A stretch of DNA of 64,000 nucleotides from Octopus vulgaris. Taxonomy: Eukaryota. This document shows, piece after piece, positions 50,655 through 63,900 of the stretch. How positions within the stretch are numbered: the stretch's first letter is position 1; each line of letters begins with the position of its first letter. The stretch is taken from the NCBI GenBank assembly GCA_951406725.2, contig OX597840.1, positions 20,336,001 through 20,400,000 on the forward strand, in the 5' to 3' direction. The notes below the pieces were generated by a model. The model saw only the letters and a list, made by a program, of their open reading frames with translations, did not search any database and was not told where the DNA came from. Position numbers and translations under genes: made by a program.

Positions 50655-51705
50655 TCTTTTCTCTTCTAGGCACAAGGCCCGAATTTTTAGGGAGGGGGTC
50701 AGTCAATTACAACGACCCCAGTGCATAACTGGTACTTATATAATCGAGTCCGAAAGGATGAAAGGCAAAGTCGACCTCGGCGGAATTTGAACTCAGAACG
50801 TAACTGCAGACGAAATACCTATTTCTTTACTACACAGGGCTAAACATAGAGGGGACAAACAAGGACAGACATAGGTATTAAGTCGATTACATCGTCCCCA
50901 GTGCGTAACTGGTACTTATATAATCGAGTCCGAAAGGATGAAAGGCAAAGTCGACTTCGGCGGAATTTGAATTCAGAACATAACGACAGACGAAATACCT
51001 ATTTCTTTACTACCCACGAGGGGCTAAACACAGAGGGGACAAACAAGGACAGACAAACGGATTAAGTCGATTATATCGACCCCAGTGCATAACTGGTACT
51101 TTTTAAATCGACCCCGAAAGGATGAAAGGCAAAGTCGACCTCGGCGGAATTTGAACTCAGAACGTAACGACAGACGAAATACCTATTTCTTTACTACCCA
51201 CGAGGGGCTAAACACAGAGAGGACAAACAAGGACAGACAAACGGATTAAGTCGATTATATCGACCCCAGTGCGTAACTGGTACTTAATTTATCGACCCCG
51301 AAAGGATGAATGGCAAAGTCGACTTCGGTGGAATTTGAACTCAGAACATAACGACAGACGAAATACCTATTTCTTTATTACCCACAAGGGGCTAAACACA
51401 GAGAGGACAGACAAACGGATTAAGTCGATTAAATCGACCCCAGTGCGTAACTGGTACTTATATAATCGAGTCCGAAAGGATGAAAGGCAAAGTCGACCTC
51501 GGCGGAATTTGAACCCAGAACATAAAAGTGGATGAAATACCTATTTCTTTACTACCCACAAGGGGCTAAACACAGAGGGAACAAACTAGGACAGACAAAC
51601 AGATTAAGTCGATTACATCGACCCCAGTGCGTAACTGGTACTTATATAATCGAGTCCGAAAGGATGAAAGGCAAAGTCGACCTCGACGGAATTTGAACTG
51701 AGAAC
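50655..51705 (-). mobile_element. SINE family B tandem array (6 units, ~180 bp)
   Basis: AAGGATGAAAGGCAAAGTCGACCTCGGCGGAATTTGAACTCAGAAC at ~50755, 50935, 51118, 51302, 51477 and 51660. Confidence 0.9.
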
Positions 51706-52747
51706 TTGTGCGGGTGTTAATATAAAAGTTTACCAAAAGTAAGGATCCCTGGATGTATAGGATAGCGACGATTTGAACCCCTGTCATTTCGGAGATGGTA
51801 GAGAAATATAATCCTATCTGTTACAGGAACAAGGCCTCAAGTTTTGGGGAAGGAGATCAATCGACTCTAGTGCGTAACACTTATTTTATCAACCCCAGAA
51901 AGGTTAAAAGGTAAAATCGACGTCAGCGGAATTTGAACTTAGATTGTAAAGACGGACTAAATGCTACTAAGTATTTTGTCCGGGGTGCTAACGATTCCGC
52001 CAGCTGGCTGCCTCGGGTGGGGCTATAATCAGGGATGGAAGATCCAGGATTTTTTGCAGGGGTGTTGCCCCAAATTTTTTTTAGCTGTTGCATTCTAGCG
52101 GGCAGATCAGGCAACACCAAGTAGGCACAGCAACTCTTATTCTAGTAAGAGTTGACTCTTTTTTCCTTGATTGTTGCCCGAAAAACCTTGGCCCTGATTA
52201 TTTTTTGGTGTTGGCTCGACTAGAAAGGGCCTAGAAAGGCAACTAGAACAACACCCCTGCATCCGCCACTATAATCAATTGTTTCTATCATGACCATCAC
52301 AATTTTAATTTAAATTTAAATATAGGCGCAGGAGTGGCTGTGTGGTAAGTAGCTTGCTTACCAACCACATGGTTCCGGGTTCAGTCCCACTGCGTGGCAC
52401 CTTGGGCAAGTGTCTTCTGCTATAGCCTCGGGCCGACCAAAGCCTTGTGAGTGGATTTGGTAGACGGAAACTGAAAGAAGCCTGTCGTATATATGTATAT
52501 ATATATATGCATGTGTGTCTGTGTTTGTCCCCCTAGCATTGCTTGACAACCAATGCTGGTGTGTTTACGTCCCCATAACTTAGCGGTTCGGTAAAAGAGA
52601 CTAATAGAATAAGTACTGGGCTTACAAAGAATAAGTCCTGGGGTCGAGTTGCTCGACTAAAGGCAGTGCTCCAGCATAGCCGCAGTCAAATGACTGAAAC
52701 AAGTAAAATAGAGAGAGTATAGTACATCCACCGTGTCTTTCCTTTAG

Positions 52748-53392
52748 CCCATGCCTGGCCAACTCAAATTACAATGCGGGCCACTTTAATCACAGAAAGT
52801 TTTTTGAGGGCTGCTTATGTTACTGACAGAATTGAAAGCATTTTGCTTTCTCATGCTCATTATTAGAATAATAAATGAATGGTCGTTGATTCAACATGAA
52901 ATATTATAATTGCAAAAACAGTAGTATCTTTCTTTTTTACTTTTCATTACAATCTTGAATTTTTGAAAAAACTTTTTAAATGTTTGTTTAGTCCCCTTGC
53001 CCTGACTGGCTTCTGTGCCTGTGACACGTAAAAAGCACCATCCGAATGTGCCTGATGCCAGCACTGCCTTGACTGGCTCCCGTGCCGGTGGCACATAAAA
53101 ATCACAATCCGATAGTGGTCGATGCTAGCCCCCCTCTGGCCCCTGGCCAGTGGAATGTAAAAAGCACCCACTGCACTCTCAGAGTGGTTGGCGTTAGGAA
53201 GGACATCCAGCTGTAGAAACATTGCCAGATCAGACTGGAACCTGGTGCAGCCTCCTGGTTTTCCAGACTCCAGTTGAACCAACCAACCCATGCCAGCATG
53301 GAAAACGGACATTAAACGATGATGATTTTAAGAAAGTATCAAGCAGGCTGCAAGATAACAGTCTATGGGCCTCACGTTGGCCAGCCCTGCTT
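52748..53392. mobile_element. hAT-like MITE interrupted by SINE C
   Basis: Termini CATGCCTGGCCAAC ... GTTGGCCAGCCCTG. Confidence 0.5.
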
Positions 53393-53575
53393 TAGCCTTT
53401 TGTTTATGTTGTCCATCACTTGTAATGTACAAGGACATATTTCCCTGGTATCCGTGCACCCCATATCAAACACATTCCCAATTTTTATCAACCACCCGAA
53501 TTAACTGGGGACTTATGAAATGAAAGCTTTAAAAAACTCGGAACGTTTTCAACGAGGACAAACTAAAACAAGTCT

Positions 53576-54002
53576 GGGATCTTTTCGGTTTGAACGGCAG
53601 TTTTTTCTAGCGGTGTCATATGAAATTGTCACCCATAATTATGACCCTAGTATCAATCTATTGCATTTCAATCTGTTTTAGGGTTAGGGTTAGTTAGGGG
53701 TGGGGTGAAGGGTATCTTTTTTCCTTCACAAATGTAAATAAACCCAATCTGTTTCTTAAACGAGGGACATATTCATACGGCACAGAATGTTTTTTTACCT
53801 CAATAGACGTCATTGATTAGTTGAAATTGCAGAAATTGAAGAAAAAAACCAACAAATATCTTACAAACTATAGAATTTTTCTCAATAAAGCCGAGAGAAA
53901 AAGATGTTTTATAAACACATTCTACCAGTATACGAAGTTTAAAATTTTTTAGTTACGTGGAAATTATTTTTAAAAAACGGCCGGTCAAATAGAAAAGATC
54001 CC
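53576..54002. mobile_element. MITE with ~30-bp TIRs
   Basis: GGGATCTTTTCGGTTTGAACGGCAGTTTTT ... AAAAAACGGCCGGTCAAATAGAAAAGATCCC; another copy starts at 63983. Confidence 0.8.
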
Positions 54003-55895
54003 AAATCTGAAAAGAAGCACAGGTTTTGAGGACAAACTTATGAAAATGCTTTGGACAGGTGTGGCTGTGTGGTAAGAAACTTGCTTCCCAACCACATGAT
54101 TCCAGGTTCAATCCTAGAGCGTGGGACCTTGGGCAAGTGTTTTCCTCTATAGCCTTGGGCCAACTAAAACCATGTGATTGGGTTTAGTAGATGGAAACTG
54201 AAAGAAGCTCATAGTACGTACGTATGTATGTATGTGTGTGTATGTACGTATGTATGTGTGTATGTATGTATGTATGTGTGTATGCATGTATGTATGTATG
54301 TATGTATGTATGTATGTATGTGTGTATGTATGTGTGTATGTATGTGTATGTATGTATGTGTGTATGTATGTGTGTATGTATGTATGTGTGTATGTATGTA
54401 TGTGTGTATGCATGTATGTATGTATGTATGTATGTGTGTATGTATGTATGTGTGTATGCATGTATGTATGTATGTATGTATGTATGTATGTATGTGTGTA
54501 TGTATGTATGTGTGTATGTATGTATGTATGTGTGTATGCATGTATGTATGTATGTATGTATGTATGTGTGTGTGTATGTGTGTATGTGTGTGTATGTATG
54601 TGTGTATGTATGTGTGTATGTATGTATGTGTGTATGTATGTATGTGTGTGTATGTATGTATGTATGTATGTATGTATGTGTGTATGTATGTATGTGTGTA
54701 TGTATGTGTATGTATGTATGTGTGTATGTATGTGTGTATGTATGTATGTATGTATGTATGAATGTATGTGTGTATGTATGTATGTGTGTATGCATGTATG
54801 TATGTATGTATGTATGTATGTATGAATGTATGTGTGTATGTATGTATGTGTGTATGTATGTGTATGTATGTATGTGTGTATGTATGTGTATGTATGTATG
54901 TTTGTATGTTTGTATGTGTGTGTGTATGTATGTGTGTATGTATGTATGTATGTGTGTGTATGTATGTGTGTATGTATGTATATATGTATGTGTGTGTGTA
55001 TGTATGTATGTGTGTATGTATTTATGTATGTATGTCTGTATGTATGTGTGTATGTATTTATGTATGTATGTCTTTATGTGTGTATGTATGTATGTATGTG
55101 TGTATGTATGCATGTATGTATGCATGCATATGTGTATGTATGTATATATGTATGTACGTACGTACGTATGTATGTATGTTTTAACTGCAGTTATTAATAA
55201 ACCGGTCTCTCTGCCAAAAATCTCATATTACACGCACTTACACACACACACACACAAAAACAACAACCCTGTACAAGAGGTACCAACAAACCTGTTTACC
55301 TGCAGCCATCTGCGATAGAAAAAAAATAATAAAAGCCCCAAATCCCTCAAACCGCACCATTTCGCCTTAAATAAGACACAACACAATAGAAAGATTATAT
55401 AATGCGACTTACCCTTTAAAAAAACGGGGTGGTCAACGTTGGAGTGCTTTCGTTTTTGATCATAAAGTCTTCTGGGAGACAATTGTTCTGTGGTTTATTC
55501 GCCTCGGGTGAAATAGATGCCAAGGCACATCGCAATTATATTCGGCTTCGGGCTTGTTTTGGTATATTTTGAAAGAGGTCAGCTTTTGCTGAAGGTTAAT
55601 GTTTAGGCGAAGATAACGTCCTCCCCCGAAAGTGAGGACAACCAGAACAGGTCAAAGAGATTCCGGAGTCGAAAGAGATGATAGAGGGGAGGTAACTCTG
55701 GAAAAAAAAGCAACGTGCTTGGTTGCGTGAGTGAGGACGACTGGAGCATTTGGTGGACCAGGGGAAAATTGCTTGTAAACGTGGACGTATGTGTGTGTTT
55801 GTTACATGTGTATGTGTTCTTGCGTGTGCGTGTATCTATCTACCTACCTACTTACCTACCTATCTATCTATCTATCTATCTACCTACCTACCTAC

Positions 55896-55939
<44 letters not shown>

Positions 55940-56012
55940 ATCTGTCTGTCTATCTACCTATCTATCTTTCTATATCTATCTATCTATCTATATATATCTG
56001 TCTGTCTATCTA

Positions 56013-56048
<36 letters not shown>

Positions 56049-56359
56049 TCTACCTACCTACCTATCTATCTATCTATATCTATCTATCTGTCTATCTATC
56101 TATCTATCTACCTATCTATCAATATATATATATATCTGTCTATCTATCTATCTATCCATGCTAGCATGGAAAGCGGACAATAAACAATGATGATGATGAT
56201 GGTTGTTGACAGTGACTTCGAAAGTTTGGCCAGCTAAACCATCATCAGATTGCTATGCAGTGGAGCTAGTCTTGCCTTTATATAAGTCTCTGTTGAGTTA
56301 AAACCATCTCTGAGTGTGTGGTTTTGCATAGGATGGTAATTAGCTGTTTATGGCCAGGT

Positions 56360-57226
56360 GTTATGAAAAGGTGTGTTGGAAAAATTTTTATTGATTAAAT
56401 TTGGAGTTATGTTATCTCTTTTTTTTTTACTTGTTTCAGTCATTATGACTGCGGCCATGCTGGAGCACCGCCTTTAGTCGAGCAACTCAACCCCGGGACC
56501 TATTCTTTGTAAGCCTAGTACTTATTCTATCGGTCTCCTTTGCCGAACCGCCAAGTGACGGGGACATAAACACACCAGCATTGGATGTCAAGCAATGCTA
56601 GGGGTCAAACACAGACACACAAACATATACACACACACATACATATATATATATACATATATACGACGGGCTTCTTTCAGTTTCCGCCTACCAAATCCAT
56701 TCACAAGGCTTTGGTCGGCCCGAGGGTATAGCAGAAGACACTTGCCCAAGGTGCCACGCAGTGGGACTTAACCTGGAACCATGTGGTTGGTAAACAAGCT
56801 ACTTACCACACAGCCACTCCTGTGCCTATGTTATCGTTTAGAATTTATTCATGCAGGTAAAACTTTACAAACAAGTCTGTAGAAAGTTCTCTTTTGTTAG
56901 TTAGACACAAAGGTGTGATGGTATTTTTGCAGTTTGTGATTGTATTGGGTTTAAAGCAAAAGAATTAAATCCAATTATACCAGAAGCAACAAAAATACCG
57001 TGACACCTTGTGTCTTTCTAACAAAAGAGAAACTTCAACTAGGCCTGTTTGGAAAGTTTTACCTTCATAGGAGTGGCTGTGTGGTAAGTAGCTTGCTTCC
57101 CAACCACATGGTTCTGGGTTCAGTCCCATTGCATGGCACATTGGGCAAGTGTCTTCTACTATAGCCTCGGGCTCACCAAAGCCTTGTGAGTGGATTTGGT
57201 AGACGAAAACTGAAAGAAGCCCGTCG

Positions 57227-57276
<50 letters not shown>

Positions 57277-57292
57277 TGTGTGTGTATGTATC

Positions 57293-57341
<49 letters not shown>

Positions 57342-57424
57342 ATATGTATATATGTTTATGTATGTATATATGTATGTATGTTTATGTATGTATGTGTGTG
57401 TGTGTATGTATGTATGTATGTATG

Positions 57425-57457
<33 letters not shown>

Positions 57458-57848
57458 ATATGTATATATGTTTATGTATGTATATATGTATGTATGTTTA
57501 TGTATGTATATGTGTGTATGTATGTATGTATGTATATGTATATATATATATATGTGTATCTATGTGTTTGTTGTTTGTGTCTGTGTTTATTCCCCCAACT
57601 ATCACTTGACTACCAATGTTGGTGTGCCTACGTTCCCATCACTTGGCAGTTCAGCAAAAAGAGACCGATAGAACAAATACTAGGCTTACAAAGAATAAGT
57701 CCCAGGGTTGATTTATTCGACTAAAGGCGGTGCTCCAGCATGGCCACAGTCAAATGACTGAAACAAGTAAAAGAGTAAAGAGAGTAAAAAAAGTAACATA
57801 ACTCCAAATTCAATCGATAAAAATTGTTTCAAAACACCTCTCCATAAC
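56360..57848. mobile_element. Long foldback element with a SINE-A in each arm
   Basis: Outer arms 56360-56414 / 57794-57848 and inner arms 56840-56930 / 56986-57069 are imperfect reverse complements. Confidence 0.75.
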
Positions 57849-58329
57849 AATCAACCCCAAACTTCACTCTGTTTTCCCAGGACTATAGTACTGATAATAG
57901 TATATAACCTTATTTTTCCACTCCACTAGTCTTTAATATAACTTTCTCTTAGCCTCAAAGCACACATCTTTGTAAATAACCTCATTAAAGATGTTCATTG
58001 TTGTTGTTGTACAACATTGAACAGTGGGTGGCGCAAAGTGGAAAGATCATCATCATCATCATCATCATCAACAGTATCATCTCTCTTGTTGTTGCTTTTG
58101 TGATTCTTCTTCTACATGTTGTTGTTGTTATTGTTACTGTTCTTCTTTCTTCTTCTGCTTTTTCTCCTCCTCCACCTCCTCTTCCTCCTTCTTACTCCTC
58201 CTCCTTCCTTCCTCCTCCTCTTCCTCACTCTTCCTCCTCTCTTCTTCTTCCTTCCTTCCTCCTCCTCCTATCTTCTTCTTCTCCTTCTCCTCCTCCTCCT
58301 CCTCCTTCTTCTTCTTCTTCTTCTTGTTG

Positions 58330-58620
58330 ACCAAATCCAAGCTTCTCTGCTAAGTTCCTCAACAGTTACGATGGGATTTTGTTCCACCAGGGTTTGCAGG
58401 ACGTTTTCTTTGAGATCTACAAATCTTCCAAGACAAGGCTCGTCTTCTAGGCTCTAATTTCTGGCTCAGAATTTCTGCAGCCACATTGACACTGACTCAC
58501 GCTTATTGTCCAATCCCCATAGACTGCATTAATATTCCTCACATTTTCCATTGTGTTGTGGCCTTTATTGAACTCATAAAGTAAAATATGCCAAATATGC
58601 TCCTTTGTCGTGTCATTAAT
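58330..58620 (-). mobile_element. Mariner transposase N-terminal relic
   Basis: KEHIWHILLYEFNKGHNTMENVRNINAVYGD...SLEDEPCLGR...LQTLVEQNPIVTVEELS (mariner HTH region). Confidence 0.8.
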
Positions 58621-58631
58621 CACAACACGAC

Positions 58632-58701
<70 letters not shown>

Positions 58702-58869
58702 ATCATTATCATCATCATCGTTTAACGTCCGCTTTCCATGCTAGCATGGGTTGGACGGTTCAACTGGGGTCTGGGAAGCCCGAAGGCTGCACCAGGCCAG
58801 TCAGATGTGGCAGTGTTTCTACAGCTGGATGCCCTTCCTAACGCCAACCACTCCGAGAGTGTAGTGGGT

Positions 58870-59445
58870 GATTTTATGTGCCACCGACACAGGTGCCAGA
58901 CGAGGCTGGCAGACGGCCACGCTCGGATGGTGTTTTTTATGTGCCACCGACACAGGTGCCAGACGAGGCTGGCGGACGGCCACGCTCGGATGGTGTTTTT
59001 TATGTGCCACCGACACAGGTGCCAGACGAGGCTGGCAGACGGACATGCTCGGATGGTGTTTTCTTATGTGTCACCGACACAGGTGCCAGACGAGGCTGGC
59101 GGACGGCCACGCTCGGATGGTGTTTTTTATGTGCCACCGACACAGGTGCCAGACGAGGCTGGCAGACGGACATGCTCGGATGGTGTTTTTTATGTGCCAC
59201 CGACACAGGTGCCAGACGAGGCTGGCAGACGGCCATGCTCGGATGGTGTTTTTTATGTGCCACCGACACAGGTGCCAGACGAGGCTGGCAGACGGCCACG
59301 CTCGGATGGTGTTTTTTATGTGCCACCGACACAGGTGCCAGACGAGGCTGGCAGACGGCCACGCTCGGATGGTGTTTTCTTATGTGTCACCGACACAGGT
59401 GCCAGACGAGGCTGGCGGACGGCCACGCTCGGATGGTGTTTGTTA
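58870..59445. repeat. 63-bp tandem repeat, 9 copies, inside SINE C
   Basis: ATGTGCCACCGACACAGGTGCCAGACGAGGCTGGCRGACGGCCACGCTCGGATGGTGTTTTTT repeated head to tail. Confidence 0.93.
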
Positions 59446-59574
59446 CGTGCCCTCAGCACGGAGGCCAGTCATTGCGGTACTGGCTACGGTCACGTTCGGA
59501 TGGTTTTCTTATGTGCCACCGGCACTGGTACCACAAGGATACAAATTCCATTGATGTTCATCTATTTTGATTTG

Positions 59575-59612
<38 letters not shown>

Positions 59613-59614
<2 letters not shown>

Positions 59615-59860
59615 GAGGCACGTGGTTTAGTGGTTAGGGTGTCAGCATCATGATCGTATGGTTGTGGTTTCGATTCCTGGACCGGGCAATGTATTGTGTT
59701 TTTGAGCAAAACACTTCATTTCACGTTGCTCCAGTCCTCTCAGCTGGCAAGAATGAGTAACGCTGCGATGGACTGGCGTCCCGTCCAGCTTGGGAACACA
59801 TACGCCATAGAAACCGGGAAAACTGGGCCCATGAGCCTGGCTAGGCTTTAAAATGGTGCA
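59613..59860 (+). mobile_element. tRNA-derived SINE with V-domain-like block
   Basis: A and B boxes (TGGTTTAGTGGTTAGG, GGTTTCGATTCC), then GCTGCGATGGACTGGCGTCCCGTCCAG, with a tail shared with 1135-1432. Confidence 0.75.
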
Positions 59861-59929
59861 TTTATTTATTATTATTACTATTATTATTATTATTATTAAT
59901 ATTATTATTGTTATTATCATTATTATTAT

Positions 59930-60385
59930 TGAGTGAGCGAGCAGAGCATGCCATCAAAGTGACACTAGGGTAAAATATACAAAGCCCAATATACCCATCA
60001 TGACTACCCGTCTGATAAGGGTACACCAGGCACATGCATCACAACCATATGTGCGCGGCATGGTGATCTCATATCAAGATAAACAGCACATGACCTTGCG
60101 GGTGGGGCCCAGTTAGAATTTTCTTCAGGTTGAGTAGCCCATCCCGCTCAAACGGTCCCTGAATAAGGGTTGTTTAAGGATGTTGAAAGAACCAACCATG
60201 TTTCCAGAGGTGAATTATCCAAACCCCAAAGAATCCCTCTCAACACATGGCTATGATGCACCCCCACTACTTCTGCTGGGGATCAGAGATGCACATATCG
60301 TCAGCCACTAAGGGACATGCTCAACTGGTTAAGGTCAAACAACTGACAAGCAAATCTGTGGTATTGAGCAGAATATTTGCTGTAT
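59930..60385 (-). mobile_element. Second copy of the (AAT)n-associated repeat
   Basis: Reverse complement overlaps 24165-24515; (ATT)n on both sides. Confidence 0.65.
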
Positions 60386-60397
60386 TATTATTATTAT

Positions 60398-60442
<45 letters not shown>

Positions 60443-60445
<3 letters not shown>

Positions 60446-60790
60446 CAATTGCAGCGTGGAAGGTGTTTGTAAGCCATTTAAGAAACACACAAAAGCTGTT
60501 TGATTCACTTCAACATTTAAGTTTAATTTGTCAAAATATTTTCGTCGCTTTAAGACCGCGACCTCTACACTGACAAAAATCTGTGTTGCATGGATTTTTG
60601 TCAGTGAAGAGGTCGCGGTCTTAAAGCGACGAAAATATTTTGACAAATTAAACTTAAATGTTGAAGTGAATCAAACGGCTTTTGTGTGTTTCTTAAATGG
60701 CTTACAAACCACCTTCCACGCTGCAATTGTTTTCGTTTCAGCACACAATCTCAGATCAAATCACTTGCTATGCAGGTACATCTCTGTAAT

Positions 60791-60792
<2 letters not shown>
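60443..60792 (+). mobile_element. Near-perfect palindrome (~139-bp arms) between TG and TA tracts, with a variant hammerhead motif (Penelope-like)
   Basis: Arms 60443-60581 / 60593-60732. 60597-60647 reads TTTGTCA-GTGAAGA-G-GTCGC(GGTCTTAAA)GCGAC-GAAA-ATAT-TT-TGACAAA. Confidence 0.7.
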
Positions 60793-60876
<84 letters not shown>

Positions 60877-62514
60877 TAGGGAATATATACTCTTTACTCT
60901 CTTTTACTCTTTTACTTGTTTCAGTCATTTGACTGCGGCCATGCTGGAGCACCGCCTTTAGTCGAACAAATTCGACCCTGGGACTTATTTTTTTTGTAAG
61001 CCCAGTACTTATTCTATCGGTCTCTTTTTGCCGAACCGCTAAGTGACGGGGACGTAAACACACCAGCATCGGTTGTCAAGCAATGCTAGGGGGACAAACA
61101 CAGACACACAAACACATACACACACATACACATACACATATATATATATATATATATACGACAGGCTTCTTTTAGTTTCCGTCTACCAAATCCACTCACA
61201 AGGCATTGGTCGGCCCGGGGCTATAGCAGAAGACACTTGCCCAAGGTGCCACGCAGTGGGACTGAACCCGGAACCATGAGGTTGGTTAGCAAGCTACTTA
61301 CCACACAGCCACTCCTGCGCCTATATATATATAAATATTTATATAGATACTACATTGAAGGCGATGTATATATATATATATATGTCTTTACACACACATA
61401 CATATTTACCTACTGTAAATCTGTTAAGTATTTCTTCCAGTTCACTGCATTATCCATTTTGTTACATAATTTGTATAAAATCTATGTCAACGAGATAATG
61501 TTTAGTCACGTAAACAGCGTGAACGTGGGATCAGCCAAACAAACACAATTGGTTGCTGTGATGTTGTGGCTGATGAAATCAAACATTTAAAATTATAGAT
61601 TTTGATAACGAGGCACAACAAGCATGGCTGTGTGCTAAGAATCTGGATTCCTAACCATGTAGTTCCGGGTTCAGTCCCACTGTGTGGTACCTTGGGTAAG
61701 TGTCTTCTACTACAGCCTAAGGCTGACCAAAGACTTGTGAATAGATCTGGTAGATAGAAACTGGAAGAAGCCTGTCGTATTTATATACATCATCACCATC
61801 ATCATCACCATCATCACCATCATCACCACCACCACCATCATCATCATCATCACCACCATCATCATCATCACCATCATCACCACCATCATCATCACCACCA
61901 TCATCATCATCATCAGCAGCAGCAGCAGCATCATCATCATCACCATCATCACCATCATCGTTTAACGTCTGTTTTCCATGTAGTTGTGATACCTGTGCTG
62001 GCGGCACGTAAAAAGCACCATCCGAATGTGGCCGATGCCAGCGCCGCCTTGACTGGCTTCTGTGCCGGTGGCACGTAAAAAGCATCAGCTGATCGTGGCC
62101 GCTGCCAGCCTTCACCTGGCACCTGTGCCGGTGGCACATAAAAAGCACCCACTACACTCGTGGAGTGGTTGGCGTTAGGAAGGGCATCCAGCTGTAGAAA
62201 CTCTGCCAGATCAGACTTGAGCCTGGTGCAGCCTTCTGGCTTCCCAGACCCTGGTTGACCCGTCCAACCCATGCCAGCACGGAAAACGGGCGTTAAACGA
62301 TGATGATGATGATGAGGAGGTTGGCGATGAGTGAACCAGAACAACGTCTCATGTTGCTCCAGTTCTTTGCCTGTCCTGTGGTCAGAGCGTATTTCCCTGG
62401 CATCCATGCAACATATGTTACATTTGCCCCAAGTTCCATGCAATGGGACTGAACCCAGTACCTTGTGGTTGGGAAGCAAGCTTTGTACCATACAGGCGCA
62501 CCTATGAATATCTA

Positions 62515-62800
62515 CAATCATCCTGGCCCCCTTACAGGGTTGGTATCAATTAGCTCCTTCATTTTGTCGCTGTTAATCCCAGTTGGCTGACCAGAGTGAG
62601 GTGCATCTTGAACTAAAAAAACTTGCCAGTCAAACCCTTGAAAACCTCTTCTGTCCCACACAAGTCCCACAACAGTCCCCTCTCTGTATAAAACGCATTT
62701 CTTCCTGCAGGTTTCCATTGCTTTCTTGCCCTTTTTTTTAGATAAAGAGGCATGGGGTGTGGGCAATGTTTGTTTTGGTTTTCCATTTTTAGTGTGACCT
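62515..62800 (-). mobile_element. Mariner transposase N-terminal relic
   Basis: KKG.KA.ETCRK ... VQDAPHSGQPTGINSDKMKELIDTNP (D.PRSGRP motif). Confidence 0.65.
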
Positions 62801-63679
62801 CAAGTACCAAAACCACAAACTGTTTCATCGCAAGTTTGCATCGAATTATGTTGAAGTGTCACGTATAGGCGCAGGAGTGGCTGTGTGGTAAGTAGCTTGC
62901 TAACCAACCACACGGTTCTGGGTTCAGTCCCACTGCGTGGCACCTTGGGCAAGTGTCTTCTGCTATAGCCCCGGGCCAACCAATGCCTTGTGAGTGGATT
63001 TGGTAGACAGAAACTGAAAGAAGCCTGTCATATATATGTATATATATATTGCGACTTGCTGCCTCAATCGGCCGCTTGTTCAACATGTGTCTTATCACCG
63101 AAAAGGTAATTATTTTTCCACGCTTGCTGATATTGTTTTTGTGTCTCCTTTTGTCTCAAAGCCGTAGGGCGCCTGTGTCATCCATGTTTTTAACCGTTAC
63201 TGTCTCCAAAAAAGATTTTTTGTTTCATGTTCGTCTCCGTTGGTTGCATTCTCTCCTTCTGTGGCTGGCTGATTCAGAGCGGATCTCAGAATTAAACAGC
63301 CGAAATCTGCGATGAGGGATCAGTTTATGACTGAAGAATGAAGGCTTTGAATGACCCGTTGGTCTTTTTGTTCGTCCCTTCGTGTATTTCATGTTATTTA
63401 TTTATGTAAAGGTTTATTATATATATATATGTATGTGTGTGTATGTGTTTGTGTGTCTGTGTTTGTCCCCCCTAGCATTGCTTGACAACCGATGCTGGTG
63501 TGTTTACGTCCCCATCACTTAGCGGTTCGGCAAAAGCGACAGATAGAATAAGTACTGGGCTTACAAAGAATAAGTCCTGGGGTCGATTTGCTCGACTAAA
63601 GGCGGTGCTCCAGCATGGTCGCAGTCAAATGACTGAAACAAGTAAAAGAGTAAAGAGTATCTGGTGTGTGTGCAAAGGA

Positions 63680-63900
63680 CAGATTGAAGTTAGCCACTTG
63701 TTAGAGTGCTAGAAGTTTAGTGTTGACAAAAACCAAATGTACTTTTTGGCTAACTCAATATACATACATATATACATCTTGGACAAGATGAGAATGTCAG
63801 CTCTGATGATGGACCCATAAATAAGGAGGGGACCAAGAATGGATACCTCAGGAGAGTAAAGAGACTATGCTCATCAACAGAATTATTTCTAATTGTGAGA
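63680..63900 (+). mobile_element. Decayed R4/Dong-like RT fragment
   Basis: HLGQDENVSSD..PINKEGTKNGYLRRVKRLCSSTELF resembles Y.YLGQDEN...INKE...EY.RRV..I..SEL. Confidence 0.45.

Noticed and set aside
53676-53700. TTAGGG-like repeats (also CCTAACCCTAACC at ~44834) as interstitial telomere
   Set aside because: Only 2-3 units; the first is internal to a MITE.
58870-59445. Regular 63-bp array (also the 97-bp, ~100-bp and 180-bp arrays) as CRISPR-like or repeat-protein loci
   Set aside because: The units are repeated in full with no unique spacers, there are no cas genes, the context is eukaryotic, and the 63-, ~100- and 180-bp arrays lie inside or consist of transposons.
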